Positions 25,801 through 37,299 of a stretch of 64,000 nucleotides of DNA are shown piece by piece. Source of the DNA: Macrostomum hystrix. Taxonomy: Eukaryota > Animalia > Platyhelminthes. Below the pieces are notes generated by a model, which saw nothing but the letters and a program-made list of their open reading frames with translations, did no database searches and had not been told where the DNA came from. Position numbers and translations under genes: made by a program. How positions within the stretch are numbered: position 1 is the stretch's first letter; each line of letters begins with the position of its first letter. The stretch lies in the NCBI GenBank assembly GCA_950097015.1, contig CATNEN010000039.1:17236001-17300000 (forward strand), in the 5' to 3' direction.

Positions 25801-28800
25801 GCTGGCATATCAAGATTGGTCATAGCTGGCATATCTAGATTGGTCATAGCTGGCATATCTAGATTGGTCATAGCTGGCATATCAAGATTGGTCATAGCTG
25901 TCATATCAAGATTGGTCATAGCTGTCATATCTAGATTGGTCATAGCTGGCATATCTAGATTGGTCATAGCTGGCATATCAAGATTGGTCATAGCTGGCAT
26001 ATCTAGATTGGTCATAGCTGGCATATCTAGATTGGTCATAGCTGGCATATCAAGATTGGTCATAGCTGGCATATCTAGATTTGTCATAGCTGGCATATCT
26101 AGATTGGTCATAGCTGGCATATCTAGATTGGTCATAGCTGGCATATCTAGATTGGTCATAGCTGGCATATCTAGATTGGTCATAGCTGGCATATCTAGAT
26201 TGGCCATAGTTGTGACTAATTTTACTCGTAAAAGCAATAAAGTATTGTTGAAACTTTAGAATTTTTCGTATAATTTTGGTCTATAATATTATAGTTTAGT
26301 CTAGTGGTATACAATGGTTTCAGTGAGGGTGCATAGGATTAACAATTATGTGGGCCAAGTTAAAATATAATTACTGGCCCATCAGATCGGTCTCTTGCAT
26401 CATAATTGAGAATAGAAAAATGTCCCTCCAAGGCAAGATGGAGTTCCGGAACCCTTAGCAAGTGTTTCATGGTCTAAGTTATCAGGCAAAGTTGTTGCTA
26501 ACCGAAATCTGTCAGCACTAATCAGGGACTAGCTGAGAGCACAGACTCACCACTAAACGAGGCTTAGAGGCGTTACTGGCGTCCACCCAGTCAGTGATGA
26601 CTCGATAAGAAAATTTCCTGGGGCACTGGATGGCCTTGAAGTCGGCGATTTGCGGCTCGGCTGCATTGGCGATTGAAGAGGCAATCTTTTCTGAGATGCT
26701 CATAATAGAGTTGCAACACTGGCCACACCTTCTCTGTCCCTGTCACTGTCTGTCACACCTTCTCTATCCCTGTCACTGTATGTCACATCTTCTCTACCCC
26801 TGTCACTGTCTGTCACACCTTCTCTATCCCTGTCACTGTCTGCCACACCTTCTCTGTCCCTGTCACTGTCTGTCACATCTTCTCTATCCCTGTCACTGTC
26901 TGTCACACCTTCTCTATCCCTGTCACTGTCTGTCACACCTTCTCTATTCCCCCTGTCACTGTCTGTCACATCTTCTCTATTCCCCCTGTCACTGTCTGTC
27001 ACACCTTCTCTGTCCCCCTGTCACTGTCTGTCACACCTTCTCTGTCCCCCTGTCCCTGTCTGTCACACCTTCTCTGTCCCCCTGTCACTGTGTCACAACT
27101 ACTTTATTCCTGTCACTGTCTGTCACATCTTCTCTACCCCTGTCACTGTCTGTCACATCTTCTCTATCCCTGTCACTGTCTGCCACACCTTCTCTGTCCC
27201 TGTCACTGTCTGTCACATCTTCTCTATCCCTGTCACTGTCTGTCACACCTTCTCTATCCCTGTCACTGACTGTCACACCTTCTCTATTCCCCCTGTCACT
27301 GTCTGTCACATCTTCCCTATTCCCCCTGTCACTGTCTGTCACACCTTCTCTGTCCCCCTGTCACTGTCTGTCACACCTTCTCTGTCCCCCTGTCACTGTC
27401 TGTCACACCTTCTCTGTCCCCCTGTCACTGTCTGTCACACCTTCTCTGTCCCCCTGTCCCTGTCTGTCACACCTTCTCTGTCCCCCTGTCACTGTGTCAC
27501 AACTACTCTATTCCTGTCACTGTCTGTCACATCTTCTCTATTCCCCTGTCACTGTCTGTCACATCTTCTCTATTCCCCTGTCACTGTCTGTCACACCTTC
27601 TCTATTCATGCCACTGTCTGTCACACGTTCTCTATTCATGTCCATGACTGTCACACGTTCTCTATCCATGTCCCTGACTGTCACACGTTTTCTGTTCCCC
27701 CTGTCACTGTCTGTCACACCTTCTCTGTTCCCCTGTCACTGTCTGTCACACCTTCTCTATCCATGTCCCTGACTGTCACACGTTTTCTGTTCCCCCTGTC
27801 ACTGTCTGTCACACCTTCTCTGTTCCCCTGTCACTGTCTGTCACACCTTCTCTATTCATGCCGCTGTCTGTCACACCTCTGTTTATCCTGTCTCTGTCTG
27901 TCACACCTTCTCTATTCATGCCGCTGTCTGTCACACCTCTGTTTATCCTGTCTCTGTCTGTCACACCTTCTCTGTCCTTCCAGTCCCTATCTGTCACACC
28001 TCTTGCTAAAAAAAATTTATAAACCCCTTTTCTATCATTTTTTCGTTTTTTACCATAGAAACCAAGGTACGTGAAAGATAATAAATTAAACTCACGAGTC
28101 CAAAGCCATTTGTCATTTGCGTCACCGTTTGTGCAGCTGTCAACAGAGAAACTCCTGTCCTCCATGGGTCCTAAAAAGGGCGTCGGTGGCAGAGCGCTTA
28201 ACGAGTTTGCCTCTCGCGCCAAGGTCCCTGAGCTCGATTCCGCGGCGAGGCAACATTCATTTGGGGCGCAGACGCGGAGAGAAGGCTTTGAGGCTTGTCG
28301 TACAAGTTACGTCATTGAGGGCCAACCTCCAAGGCACAGTGAGAGTGTACACTGCCTGACAATGAGAAAGTCAGGGCAGATGTACACACCTGTGTGAGCG
28401 AGTGCCTGCGTACAGTATCTGTGTGCGTGTGTGCTCAGGAGTCAGCGAAATGGGCAGAATTGCCTCCTCGCTGGTCTAGTGCCTTAGACCGAAGCTCTCG
28501 TGCAATTATTATTATAACTATTAATATGGGTCCTAAAACGAATTTTTGTTATAGTGTGACAATCACTTATTGATTTTTTAATTTAAACTCCAACTTCAGC
28601 TGTTCAACTGTGATGCCGTGTACAACTGCTCAGTCCATGGACTGTGCAGGCCGCTAGAAAGCCACCAGATTTCTACCTCAGCTAATGCTGGTACCCATTG
28701 TATCTCTTGAAGGTGGGGATCAGATTTTTTTGCTAAAATACGAACTCCAAGTGTCTGAAGCGATTGTTACTAGGCAATAAGCGCGTAAAAAACTCTAATT

Positions 28801-30748
28801 AACCTCAGAGTTTCATCTAGTTACTATAAAGAAACCAAAAATGAAAACCTAGCGGTAGCGGCATTGTGAGGAACCAGTCCTTGGTCTAGAATCATGTCAA
28901 TTTTCGTTTCCTTCTCAGAGACATTAACAATCACCGACCCTGCATGGGACAGAGCGGAAGGTATTGCTGCGAGTCACATCCCCCCTTCACCAATGCCTCC
29001 TACACCTTCTCCCATTAGGGCCGTCCTAGCAACTAGCAAGTTTGGTAACTCCCCCCCTGAAGTTCTCAATCTTATAAATTTTCTGTTTCTTCTGTCAGGG
29101 CTTGGCAATCAAAGACTACGTAAAGTCCCCAAAGAATTCTTCCCGTTAGCAACTAATAGCTTCCCATTTGACAATCAGCAGCAATGCCATTCAACAGCTT
29201 ACCAATGTCAACTGCTGCAGCGAAGGTCTGAAATCCTGCAGTCTCATCCTTCATCTCCCTGAAGCTGATGCAGGAGAAACCGGACAGTTGACGGGTTGAG
29301 CTGAAATTTTTGTTTTCTACTTTTTTTAAAACATCTGTTTCTTCTTCAATAGATTAGAATTTTAGGATTTTAACACCGGAAAATGGACTGTCACGGACTC
29401 ATTGTCAGATTTGATTGGTTTATTTTTAGATGAGGAAAAATATAGATATTTGCTTTCAGGATTAAGGTAAATTTATCCTACAGTTCAAATTATAGTAGAA
29501 TCTAGCGATAACTTGCACCAGCTGATTGCAAATATTTGCTTGCTATCAATTGAGATTCATAGAATTGCATTTTAGAGTCCTTTAAATATATCATGGGTAA
29601 ATTCATTTAGAATTTCAACCGTTTTAACAAAACTTATGTAGTTTGTTCAAATCATTTTATAAAACATCATGGCACTTAATTTCCCGAATCAAAAAATCAG
29701 TCACATAATCAACAAGTCACTCTCTCAGTCACCCAGTCACTCTCTCCATCACTCAGTCACTCTCCCGGTCACCCAGTCACTCTCCCGGTCACCCAGTCAC
29801 TCTCTCAGTCATCCAGTCACTCTCCCGGTCACCCAGTCACTCTCTCGGTCACCCAGTCACTCTCTCAGTCACCCAATCACTCTCCCCATCACTCAGTCAC
29901 TCTCCCCATCACTCAGTCACTCTCCCCATCACTCAGTCACTCTCCCCATCACTCAGTCACTCTCCCCATCACTCAGTCACTCTCTCAGTCACCCAATCAC
30001 TCTCCCCATCACTCAGTCACTCTCCCCATCACTCAGTCACTCTCCCCATCACTCAGTCACTCTCCCGGTCACCCAGTCACTCTCACAGTCACCCAGTCAC
30101 TCTCCCTATCACCCAGTCACTCTCCCCATCACTCAGTCACTCTCCCCATCACTCAGTCACTCTCCCGGTCACCCAGTCACTCTCACAGTCACCCAGTCAC
30201 TCTCCCTATCACCCAGTCACTCTCCCTATCACCCAGTCACTCTCCCAGTCACCCAGTCACTCTCCCAGTCACCCAGTCACTCTCCCAGTCACCCAGTAAC
30301 TCTCCAAAATCACCCACTCAATCTCCAAGCACTCTCCCGTCGCCCCCAATCTCTTGAGTACCCACTTCTCATGCTTATAATGAGCTGCCACAAAGGTTTC
30401 GCCAAAGTCGCCAGCGTTTGTCGCTGACCGCTCAACGCAGTCAACTGACTCTCGTCGCTCCTCCAGTAGCGACTCCTTGAAGGTGTCGGTGCCTCGGACC
30501 AGACGGATCTGAAAGCGACGCAGCACAATGGACCCCATGCTCTGCCGCTTTCTGAGGATGCTGGCCTCGGCGAATTGTACCTCGTCAGTAGCCAGCCGCT
30601 CGCCAGTCAAAGGATGTCGCGCCAGTCGGTACTGCAGCATCCAAGGACCCCGCCGATGCAGAAATTCGGGGAACTCGCAGAGGCCGTCGCCGATTGAAGC
30701 AGCGGGATCTAGGCGTGAGCGAGGAGGTTTTTGTCGCAAGATTCGAAC
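13610..30748 (-). CDS. Uncharacterised Cys-patterned extracellular protein, possibly GPI-anchored (DUF7042/DUF7043- or APCDD1-like modules). Exons 30748-30366, 29300-29203, 28170-28096, 26690-26551, 25115-24944, 19988-19855, 18715-18538, 17812-17687, 17044-16786, 16347-16244, 16151-15963, 15548-15366, 15273-15143, 14656-14446, 13863-13610; start exon not established
   Basis: 15 GT-AG exons chain in phase into 2637 nt (878 aa plus stop) with no internal stop. Recurrent motifs [13 protein letters not shown] / [18 protein letters not shown] / SCMQV..NVIFMR, CAGSW / CLGGY..YNCW. It ends in a Q/S/A linker and a hydrophobic tail ([19 protein letters not shown]). Some acceptors have in-phase alternatives; the family assignment is from motif recall only. 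Confidence 0.8.
14248..14312 (+). mobile_element. Short dispersed repeat (family 2), copy 1
   Basis: TTTCACGAAAATCGGTCATTCGGTTTGGT is shared with 22611-22690, and more divergently with 54963-55040. Confidence 0.6.
14750..15085. repeat. Degenerate ~35-bp minisatellite (CAGCCACCTCACTCCAGATTTCGTCCCC...), ~9 copies
   Basis: CAGCCAC recurs at ~14851, 14886, 14920 and 14954. Confidence 0.75.
17092..17680. repeat. Minisatellite, 20-bp unit GTATCTAACAGGTAGCTTYT, ~29 copies
   Basis: Exact 20-bp register; fills intron 17045-17686. Confidence 0.95.
17853..18400. repeat. 12-bp (GTGTGAGGATGA)n followed by a G-rich hexamer tract (GGGGAT/GGAGAT/GGTGAT)n
   Basis: Direct reading; intronic. Confidence 0.9.
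18788..19810. repeat. Minisatellite, 17-bp unit GACACCCAGGACTGACA, grading into (GACA)n
   Basis: CCCAGG recurs every 17 bp (18968, 18985); pure GACA runs at 19755-19810. Confidence 0.95.
20125..20770. repeat. Polypurine 9-bp-based repeat (GGAGAGGGA/GGAGAGAGA)
   Basis: Almost purely A/G on the + strand. Confidence 0.9.
21548..22180. repeat. Minisatellite, 20-bp unit CTCTCTACTACTATCTGTCA, ~31 copies
   Basis: 20-bp register. Confidence 0.95.
22611..22690 (+). mobile_element. Short dispersed repeat (family 2), copy 2
   Basis: ATTTCACGAAAATCGGTCATTCGGTTTGGTAGGCAAAGTAGGCAGTGGGTATTT; similar to the copies at 14248 and 54963. Confidence 0.6.
22981..24858. repeat. Minisatellite, 19-bp unit CACTCTCTTCAGTATCTGT, ~98 copies with higher-order blocks
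   Basis: 19-bp periodicity; the variant block CACTTTCTTTAG...GTTTCGTATCCATC is repeated at ~23231, 23881 and 24301. Confidence 0.95.
25185..26206. repeat. Minisatellite, 24-bp unit CTAGATTGGTCATAGCTGGCATAT, ~42 copies
   Basis: Highly homogeneous; gives stop-free 8-aa repeat ORFs on both strands. Confidence 0.95.
26723..28000. repeat. Minisatellite, 30-33-bp unit TGTCACTGTCTGTCACACCTTCTCTATCCC
   Basis: Tandem periodicity; fills intron 26691-28095. Confidence 0.95.
28177..28525 (+). mobile_element. Near-full-length tRNA-derived SINE with (ATT)n-like tail and 13-bp TSD ATGGGTCCTAAAA (28164-28176 / 28526-28538)
   Basis: Head GGTGGCAGAGCG (A box) ... GAGCTCGATTCC (B-box-like). The body matches the other copies, followed by the tail ATTATTATTATAACTATTAAT and an exact flanking direct repeat. 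Confidence 0.9.
29698..30300. repeat. Minisatellite, 20-bp unit ACTCAGTCACTCTCCCCATC, ~30 copies
   Basis: 20-bp register (10-bp sub-periodicity). Confidence 0.95.
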
Positions 30749-31363
30749 CTAGGACGTATGCTATGCATTCCCGATGTCATCAGAAAATTTGCACCGAATC
30801 TTTGCTGCAGTTGAACAATTAATTTTAATAATTGATTGAATTGTTAGACTGGCGGCAGAGGGACATTTAATTTCACTTCCAAAACTGTCGAAAGGGAATT
30901 AAAATTGGTCTCTCGGTCGCTCATTTCCTTAATGGGATAAAGCAATTGTAGGAAGCATTTTTTTTAAAACAAAACCGCCTGGATACAACAAAACCTGCTT
31001 CCTTCAAGTCACCCCCCGGCAGATACGAAAGTCGGTTCGCTCAGAATTCTTCTCCTAGTGCAAGGAAGAGGAGGAAAGAGACAATTCTCCCCCTAGTCTG
31101 TTCCCTAGAGAGGCGGTGTAGATTTGACCGAGCAGGCTGCTGCTGCTGCTGCTGCTGCTACTTCTGGTGCCCTCCTGAGAGTTTTGCTAACATGGATGCT
31201 CGTGTGTCTCTGTGTGAGTAGCGGCCATCTCAAGTTTTTGTTCCTGTCCTTCAATACTCTCTGCCCTTCTGTCTCTGGCGTGTCTTGCCCGTTTATTGCC
31301 AAGTTTCCATGCTCAAGATTGTACCAAGACATTTTCGAACCCTAGGACTGTCAATTTTTTCAC

Positions 31364-31375
31364 CTAGATAGATAT

Positions 31376-31412
<37 letters not shown>

Positions 31413-31435
31413 AAGATAGATAGATAGATAGATAT

Positions 31436-31522
<87 letters not shown>

Positions 31523-31526
31523 CTCG

Positions 31527-31582
<56 letters not shown>

Positions 31583-31615
31583 CAGATAGATAGATAGATA
31601 TATAGATAGATAGAT
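31364..31615. repeat. (GATA)n microsatellite
   Basis: Direct reading. Confidence 0.95.
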
Positions 31616-31985
31616 ATTTCAACTAACCAAAAATTTAATATTACGATTCGTTGCCTATTTTTTAAGCGATTTTAACTGTCTAAGGTGTACTTGGGTCCGT
31701 AGAGCAGCGGGAATCAGAAAATATCGGTGTAACAGACACATGGTCAGAGGAACAACCAAGCAGATAGCATCGGCAAAAATATTTTCAAGCCGAAGAAAAA
31801 TACATTGCGGAATACTCGTATGCTCGCAATTATGAAAAAAAAGAACATAAAATATGAAGATTTGACAGGACTGTTTCTGGTTGAGCGAATTCCGCTGCGC
31901 TGTTAAAACAGTCGGTGATGTCGAGGAAATTGGAGTGGAGATTATTAAGTCTGATAAATTGGAAACTAAATAGTCACCTACTTAT

Positions 31986-32702
31986 AGGATGGGATGGGAT
32001 GGGATTAGATGTGATGGGATTAGATGGGATGGGATTAGATGGGATGGGATTAGATGGGATGGGATGTGATTAGATGGGATGGGACTAGATGGGATGGGAT
32101 CTGATGGGGTGTGATTAGATGGGATGAGATTAGATGGAATGGCATTAGATGGAATGGGATGTGATTAGATGGGATGGGATGTGATTAGATGGGATGCGAT
32201 GTGATTAGATCGAATGGGATGTGATTAGATAGGATGGGATGTGATTAGATGGGATGGGATTAGATGGAATGTGATTAGATGGGAATGGGATGTGATTAGA
32301 TGGGATGGGATGTGATTAGATGGGATGGGACTAGATGGAATGGGATTAGATGGAATGGCATTAGATGGAATGGCAATATATGGAATGGGATTAGATGAAA
32401 TGGGATTAGATGAGATGGGATGGGATTAGATTGGATTGGATGGGACCAGATGGATGGGATTGGATGGAATGGGATTAGATGGAATGGGATTAGATGGGAT
32501 GGGATTAGATGGGATTGGATGGGACCAGATGGATGGGATTGGATGGAATGGGATTAGATGGAATGGTATTAGATGGGATGGGATTAGATGGGATTGGATG
32601 GGACCAGATGGATGGGATTGGATGGAATGGGATTAGATGGAATGGGATTAGATGGGATGGGATTAGATGGGATTGGATGGGACCAGATGGATGGGATGGG
32701 AT
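31986..32702. repeat. Pentamer-based (GGGAT/GGAAT/TAGAT) compound repeat
   Basis: Direct reading. Confidence 0.9.
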
Positions 32703-32963
32703 TATAGATATCTGAGGTGTAGTTCTGTAATTCTAAAACCCCAAAGAGTTCAACCCATGCTTCAATGCTGCATCGAATGTTTAAAAAATATTCGATGGCA
32801 CATAAAATTCAACTCACAGAGATAAGAAGATAGAACAGGTTCCATAGGACAAATAAGCAAATAGGCTTCAGCCCACTATACCACTATAGCAGCGCCCAGT
32901 ATTTTAAAACGGCTTTCCTAGCCGTAATGTCACGGGGCAAAGTGATAAGTGGGCATGACTGAC

Positions 32964-33116
32964 CAGGCCTAGGCGAGCAGCAACGAGTCGGGAGGCCCTA
33001 GTCACTATTGTTGCTAGCGGCCCAAAGGAGATGATGGATGACCAGCGTGCGAAATCGAGCCTCGCCCACCCCCGCCAGTGTGGGGCCTGTAACAGCTCCT
33101 GAACGACACAGTTCAT
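32964..33116 (-). CDS. Candidate upstream (start) exon of the 13610-30748 gene
   Basis: GC-rich ATG-initiated ORF with a phase-0 donor CTG|gtcagt, compatible with the phase-0 acceptor at 30748. It is not a convincing signal peptide. Confidence 0.25.
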
Positions 33117-33184
33117 TGCGAGTGTGGAGCTAAGATATGGAAGGCACTCGTGCTGCTTACCTTAAAGCGTTGAAACCCAACTGA

Positions 33185-35276
33185 AGATTGTAGGATGATA
33201 TCGCGGGGATTGTAGGATGATTTCAAGGGGATTGTAGGATGATATCCAGGGGATTGTAGGATGATATCCAGGGGATTATTGGATGATATCCAGGGGATTG
33301 TAGGATGATTTCAAGGGGATTGTAGGATGATATCCAGGGGATTGTAGGATGATATCCAAGGGAATAATTGGATGATATCCAGGGGATTGTAGGATGATTT
33401 CAAGGGGATTGTAGGATGATATCCAGGGGATTGTAGGATGATATCCAGGGGATTGTAGGATGATATCCAGGGGATTGTAGGATGATATCCAGGGGATTGT
33501 AGGATGATATCCAGGGGATTGTAGGATGATTTCAAGGGGATTGTAGGATGATATCCAGGGGATTGTAGGATGATTTCAAGGGGATTGTAGGATGATATCC
33601 AGTGGATTGTAGGATGATATCCAGTGGATTGTAGGATGATATCCAGTGGATTGTAGGATGATATCCAGTGGATTGTAGGATGATATCCAGTGGATTGTAG
33701 GATGATATCCAGTGGATTGTAGGATGATATCCAGTGGATTGTAGGATGATATCCAGGGGATTGTAGGATGATATCCAGGGGATTGTTGGATGATATCCAG
33801 GGGATTGTTGGATGATATCCAGGGGATTGTAGGATGATATCCAGGGGATTGTAGGATGATATCCAGGGGATTGTTGGATGATATCCAGGGGATTGTAGGA
33901 TGATATCCAGGGGATTGTAGGATGATATCCAGGGGATTGTAGGATGATATCCAGGGGGATTGTAGGATGATATCCAGGGGGATTGTAGGATGATATCCAG
34001 GGGGATTGTAGGATGATATCCAGGGGGATTGTAGGATGATATCCAGGGGATTGTTGGATGATATCCAGGGGATTGTAGGATGATATCCAGGGGATTGTAG
34101 GATGATATCCAGTGGATTGTAGGATGATATCCAGGGGGATTGTAGGATGATATCCAGGGGATTGTTGGATGATATCCAGGGGATTGTAGGATGATATCCA
34201 GGGGATTGTAGGATGATATCCAGTGGATTGTAGGATGATATCCAGTGGATTGTAGGATGATATCCAGTGGATTGTAGGATGATATCCAGGGGATTATTGG
34301 ATGATATCCAGTGGATTGTAGGATGCTATCCAGTGGATAGTAGGATGATATCCAGTGGATTGTAGGATGCTATCCAGTGGATTGTAGGATGATATCCAGG
34401 GGATTGTAGGATGATATCCAGTGGATTGTTGGATGATATCCAGGGGATTGTAGGATGATATCCAGTGGATTGTTGGATGATATCCAGGGGATTGTAGGAT
34501 GATATCCAGGGGATTGTAGGATGATATCCAGGGGATTGTAGGATGATATCCAGGGGATTGTAGGATGATATCCAGGGGATTGTAGGATGATATCCAGGGG
34601 AATATGTTGGATGATATCCAGGGGATTGTAGGATGATATCCAGTGGATTGTTGGATGATATCCAGGGGATTGTAGGATGATATCCAGTGGATTGTTGGAT
34701 GATATCCAGGGGATTGTTGGATGATATCCAGGGGATTGTAGGATGATATCCAGGGGATTGTAGGATGATATCCAGGGGATTGTAGGATGATATCCAGGGG
34801 ATTGTAGGATGATATCCAGGGGATTGTAGGATGATATCCAGGGGATTGTAGGATGATATCCAGGGGATTGTAGGATGATATCCAGGGGAATATGTTGGAT
34901 GATATCCAGTGGATTGTAGGATGATATCCAGTGGATTGTAGGATGCTATCCAGTGGATTGTAGGATGATATCCAGGGGATTGTAGGATGATATCCAGTGG
35001 ATTGTTGGATGATATCCAGGGGATTGTAGGATGATATCCAGTGGATTGTTGGATGATATCCAGGGGATTGTAGGATGATATCCAGGGGATTGTAGGATGA
35101 TATCCAGGGGATTGTAGGATGATATCCAGGGGATTGTAGGATGATATCCAGGGGATTGTAGGATGATATCCAGGGGAATATGTTGGATGATATCCAGGGG
35201 ATTGTAGGATGATATCCAGGGGATTGTAGGATGATATCCAGGGGATTGTAGGATGATATCCAGGGGATTGTAGGAC
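33185..35276. repeat. Minisatellite, 22-bp unit AGGGGATTGTAGGATGATATCC, ~95 copies
   Basis: 22-bp periodicity (33491, 33513). Confidence 0.95.
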
Positions 35277-35754
35277 AATTGAGAATGGAATAAAATGTTA
35301 ATGGAGAAAGGACTGTTGGAGTAGGGAAAATAGACTGTAGGTTAGTTAATAAGATAGTTTTCTCAAGAGTGTTATGAAGTAGGTTTAGGTTTAGGTGTTG
35401 TTCATCTTTTTTTTCAACGACAGGAAATTGAGCTGAGAATTAAGCGGGGTTTCAGGTACGGTAAGACAGTTGCACAATGAGCGCAAAAGGCTGGGCGTTA
35501 TTTTTGGCTCAAAGAACTTTAAACAGTCAGTTAAGAAAGTGCTGCTCATAAGATGATACGAAGATTATATTGAGTACAATTTAACTGAGCACTGTGCAAT
35601 AGTACGTATGTCACTTACGACAGTCATACATCGGCTGCTTGGTTATGCTTCATTGAGTTTAGATTGAACTTTCGAGTCACTAACGGGCGATATTTCACAG
35701 CCGACATGACACATGAGAATGATATCAGATTGCATTTGAGATATTTGAAGTCAA

Positions 35755-36750
35755 ATATGAGAAGTGTGAGATTAGATATGATTAGTGTGAGATTAGACGT
35801 GAGAAGCGTGAGTTTAGATATGAGAAGTGTGAGATTAGATGTGAGAAGAGTGAGATAAGATATGAGAAGTGTGAGATTAGATATGATTAGTGTGAGATTA
35901 GACGTGAGAAGTGTGAGTTTAGATATGAGTAGTGTGAGATTAGATGTGAGAAGAGTGAGATTAGATATGAGAAGTGTGAGTTTAGATATGATAAGTGTGA
36001 GATTAGATATGATAAGTGTGAGATTAGATATGATAAGTGTGATATTAGATATGATAAGTGTGAGATTAGATATGAGAAGTGTGAGGTTAGATATGAGAAG
36101 TGTGAGTTTAGATATGACTAGTGTGAGATTAGATATGAGAAGTTTGAGATTAGATATGAGAAGTGTGAGTTTAGATATGATTAGTGTGAGATTAGATGTG
36201 AGAAGCGTGAGATTAGATATGAGAAGTGTGAGTTTAGATATGAGTAGTGTGAGATTAGATGTGAGAAGCGTGAGATTAGATATGAGAAGTGTGAGTTTAG
36301 ATATGATAAGTGTGAGATTAGATATGATAAGTGTGAGATTAGATATGATAAGTGTGAGATTAGATATGATAAGTGTGAGATTAGATATGAGAAGTGTGAG
36401 GTTAGATATGAGAAGTGTGAGTTTAGATATGATTAGTGTGAGATTAGATGTGAGAAGCGTGAGATTAGATATGAGAAGTGTGAGTTTAGATATGAGTAGT
36501 GTGAGATTAGATGTGAGAAGTGTGAGTTTAGATGTGAGTAGTGTGAGATTAGATATGAGAAGTGTGAGATTAGATATGAGAAGTGTGAGTTTAGATGTGA
36601 GTAGTGTGAGATTAGATGTGAGAAGCGGGAGATTATATATGAGAAGTGGGAGATTAGATATGATAAGTGTGAGGTTAGATATGAGACAAGTATGATTAGA
36701 TAAGAGAATTGTTATGTAGGGTATGATAAGTAAAATGAGATATGAGAAGT
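35755..36750. repeat. Minisatellite, 21-bp unit AGATATGAGAAGTGTGAGATT, ~45 copies
   Basis: Tandem periodicity; 7-aa repeat ORF. Confidence 0.95.
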
Positions 36751-37299
36751 GTGATGTAGAATCTATTGATTGTCAGTTATTTTGACACGAATAGTTGAGT
36801 CAGGCACACGAGTACATGGGCAGGGCAAGATGAGTCTAGCTCATCGCAAGAGTCAACTAAAATCATCTAGAATGTAAAGTTCAAAAACCAACAGCCCCCG
36901 TCACACTGGGAGACGCAATTCTAGAAGCAATCTTTCAGCATTGGCACCGGGTAGTTACTAAAGCTATATCGGCTCGGCCTTTGACCGCGGGGTGCTGTCT
37001 TCAAGACGATGGGCACGCTAATTAATCAGTTTTAGCTTGGCATTCGAGCTTTACATTTTCTACGTCTCAATCCAAGTTGCGGCTCGAACTATTGAAAGTT
37101 TTTTTTCTCTAGCTGATTCTCCATCTTAATTCGCTGCTCTATCACTCGACCTGCTTCTCTCTCACTGATTTCCTGCTATCCTCTGTCACAGCTGAGACCT
37201 TTATGGGCTGACAATTTTGAGATTGTTCTCTGTGAGTTTCATTCTACTTGCTTACTGTTTTATATACTAATGCGACTATAAGAGACAGGACATAAGATA

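Noticed and set aside
18527-27772. Long ORFs (200-470 aa) such as [18 protein letters not shown] and LSLSSVSVT repeats
   Set aside because: They are stop-free translations of minisatellites, open in several frames and on both strands, inside introns of another gene.
17092-30300. Consistent purine/pyrimidine strand rule for intronic arrays
   Set aside because: Arrays within the same gene show both polarities (e.g. 20.1 kb versus 21.5 kb).
31124-31345. Signal-peptide-like + strand ORF (LLRVLLTWMLVCLCVSSG)
   Set aside because: TTG start, wrong strand for the adjacent gene, and no downstream exons found.
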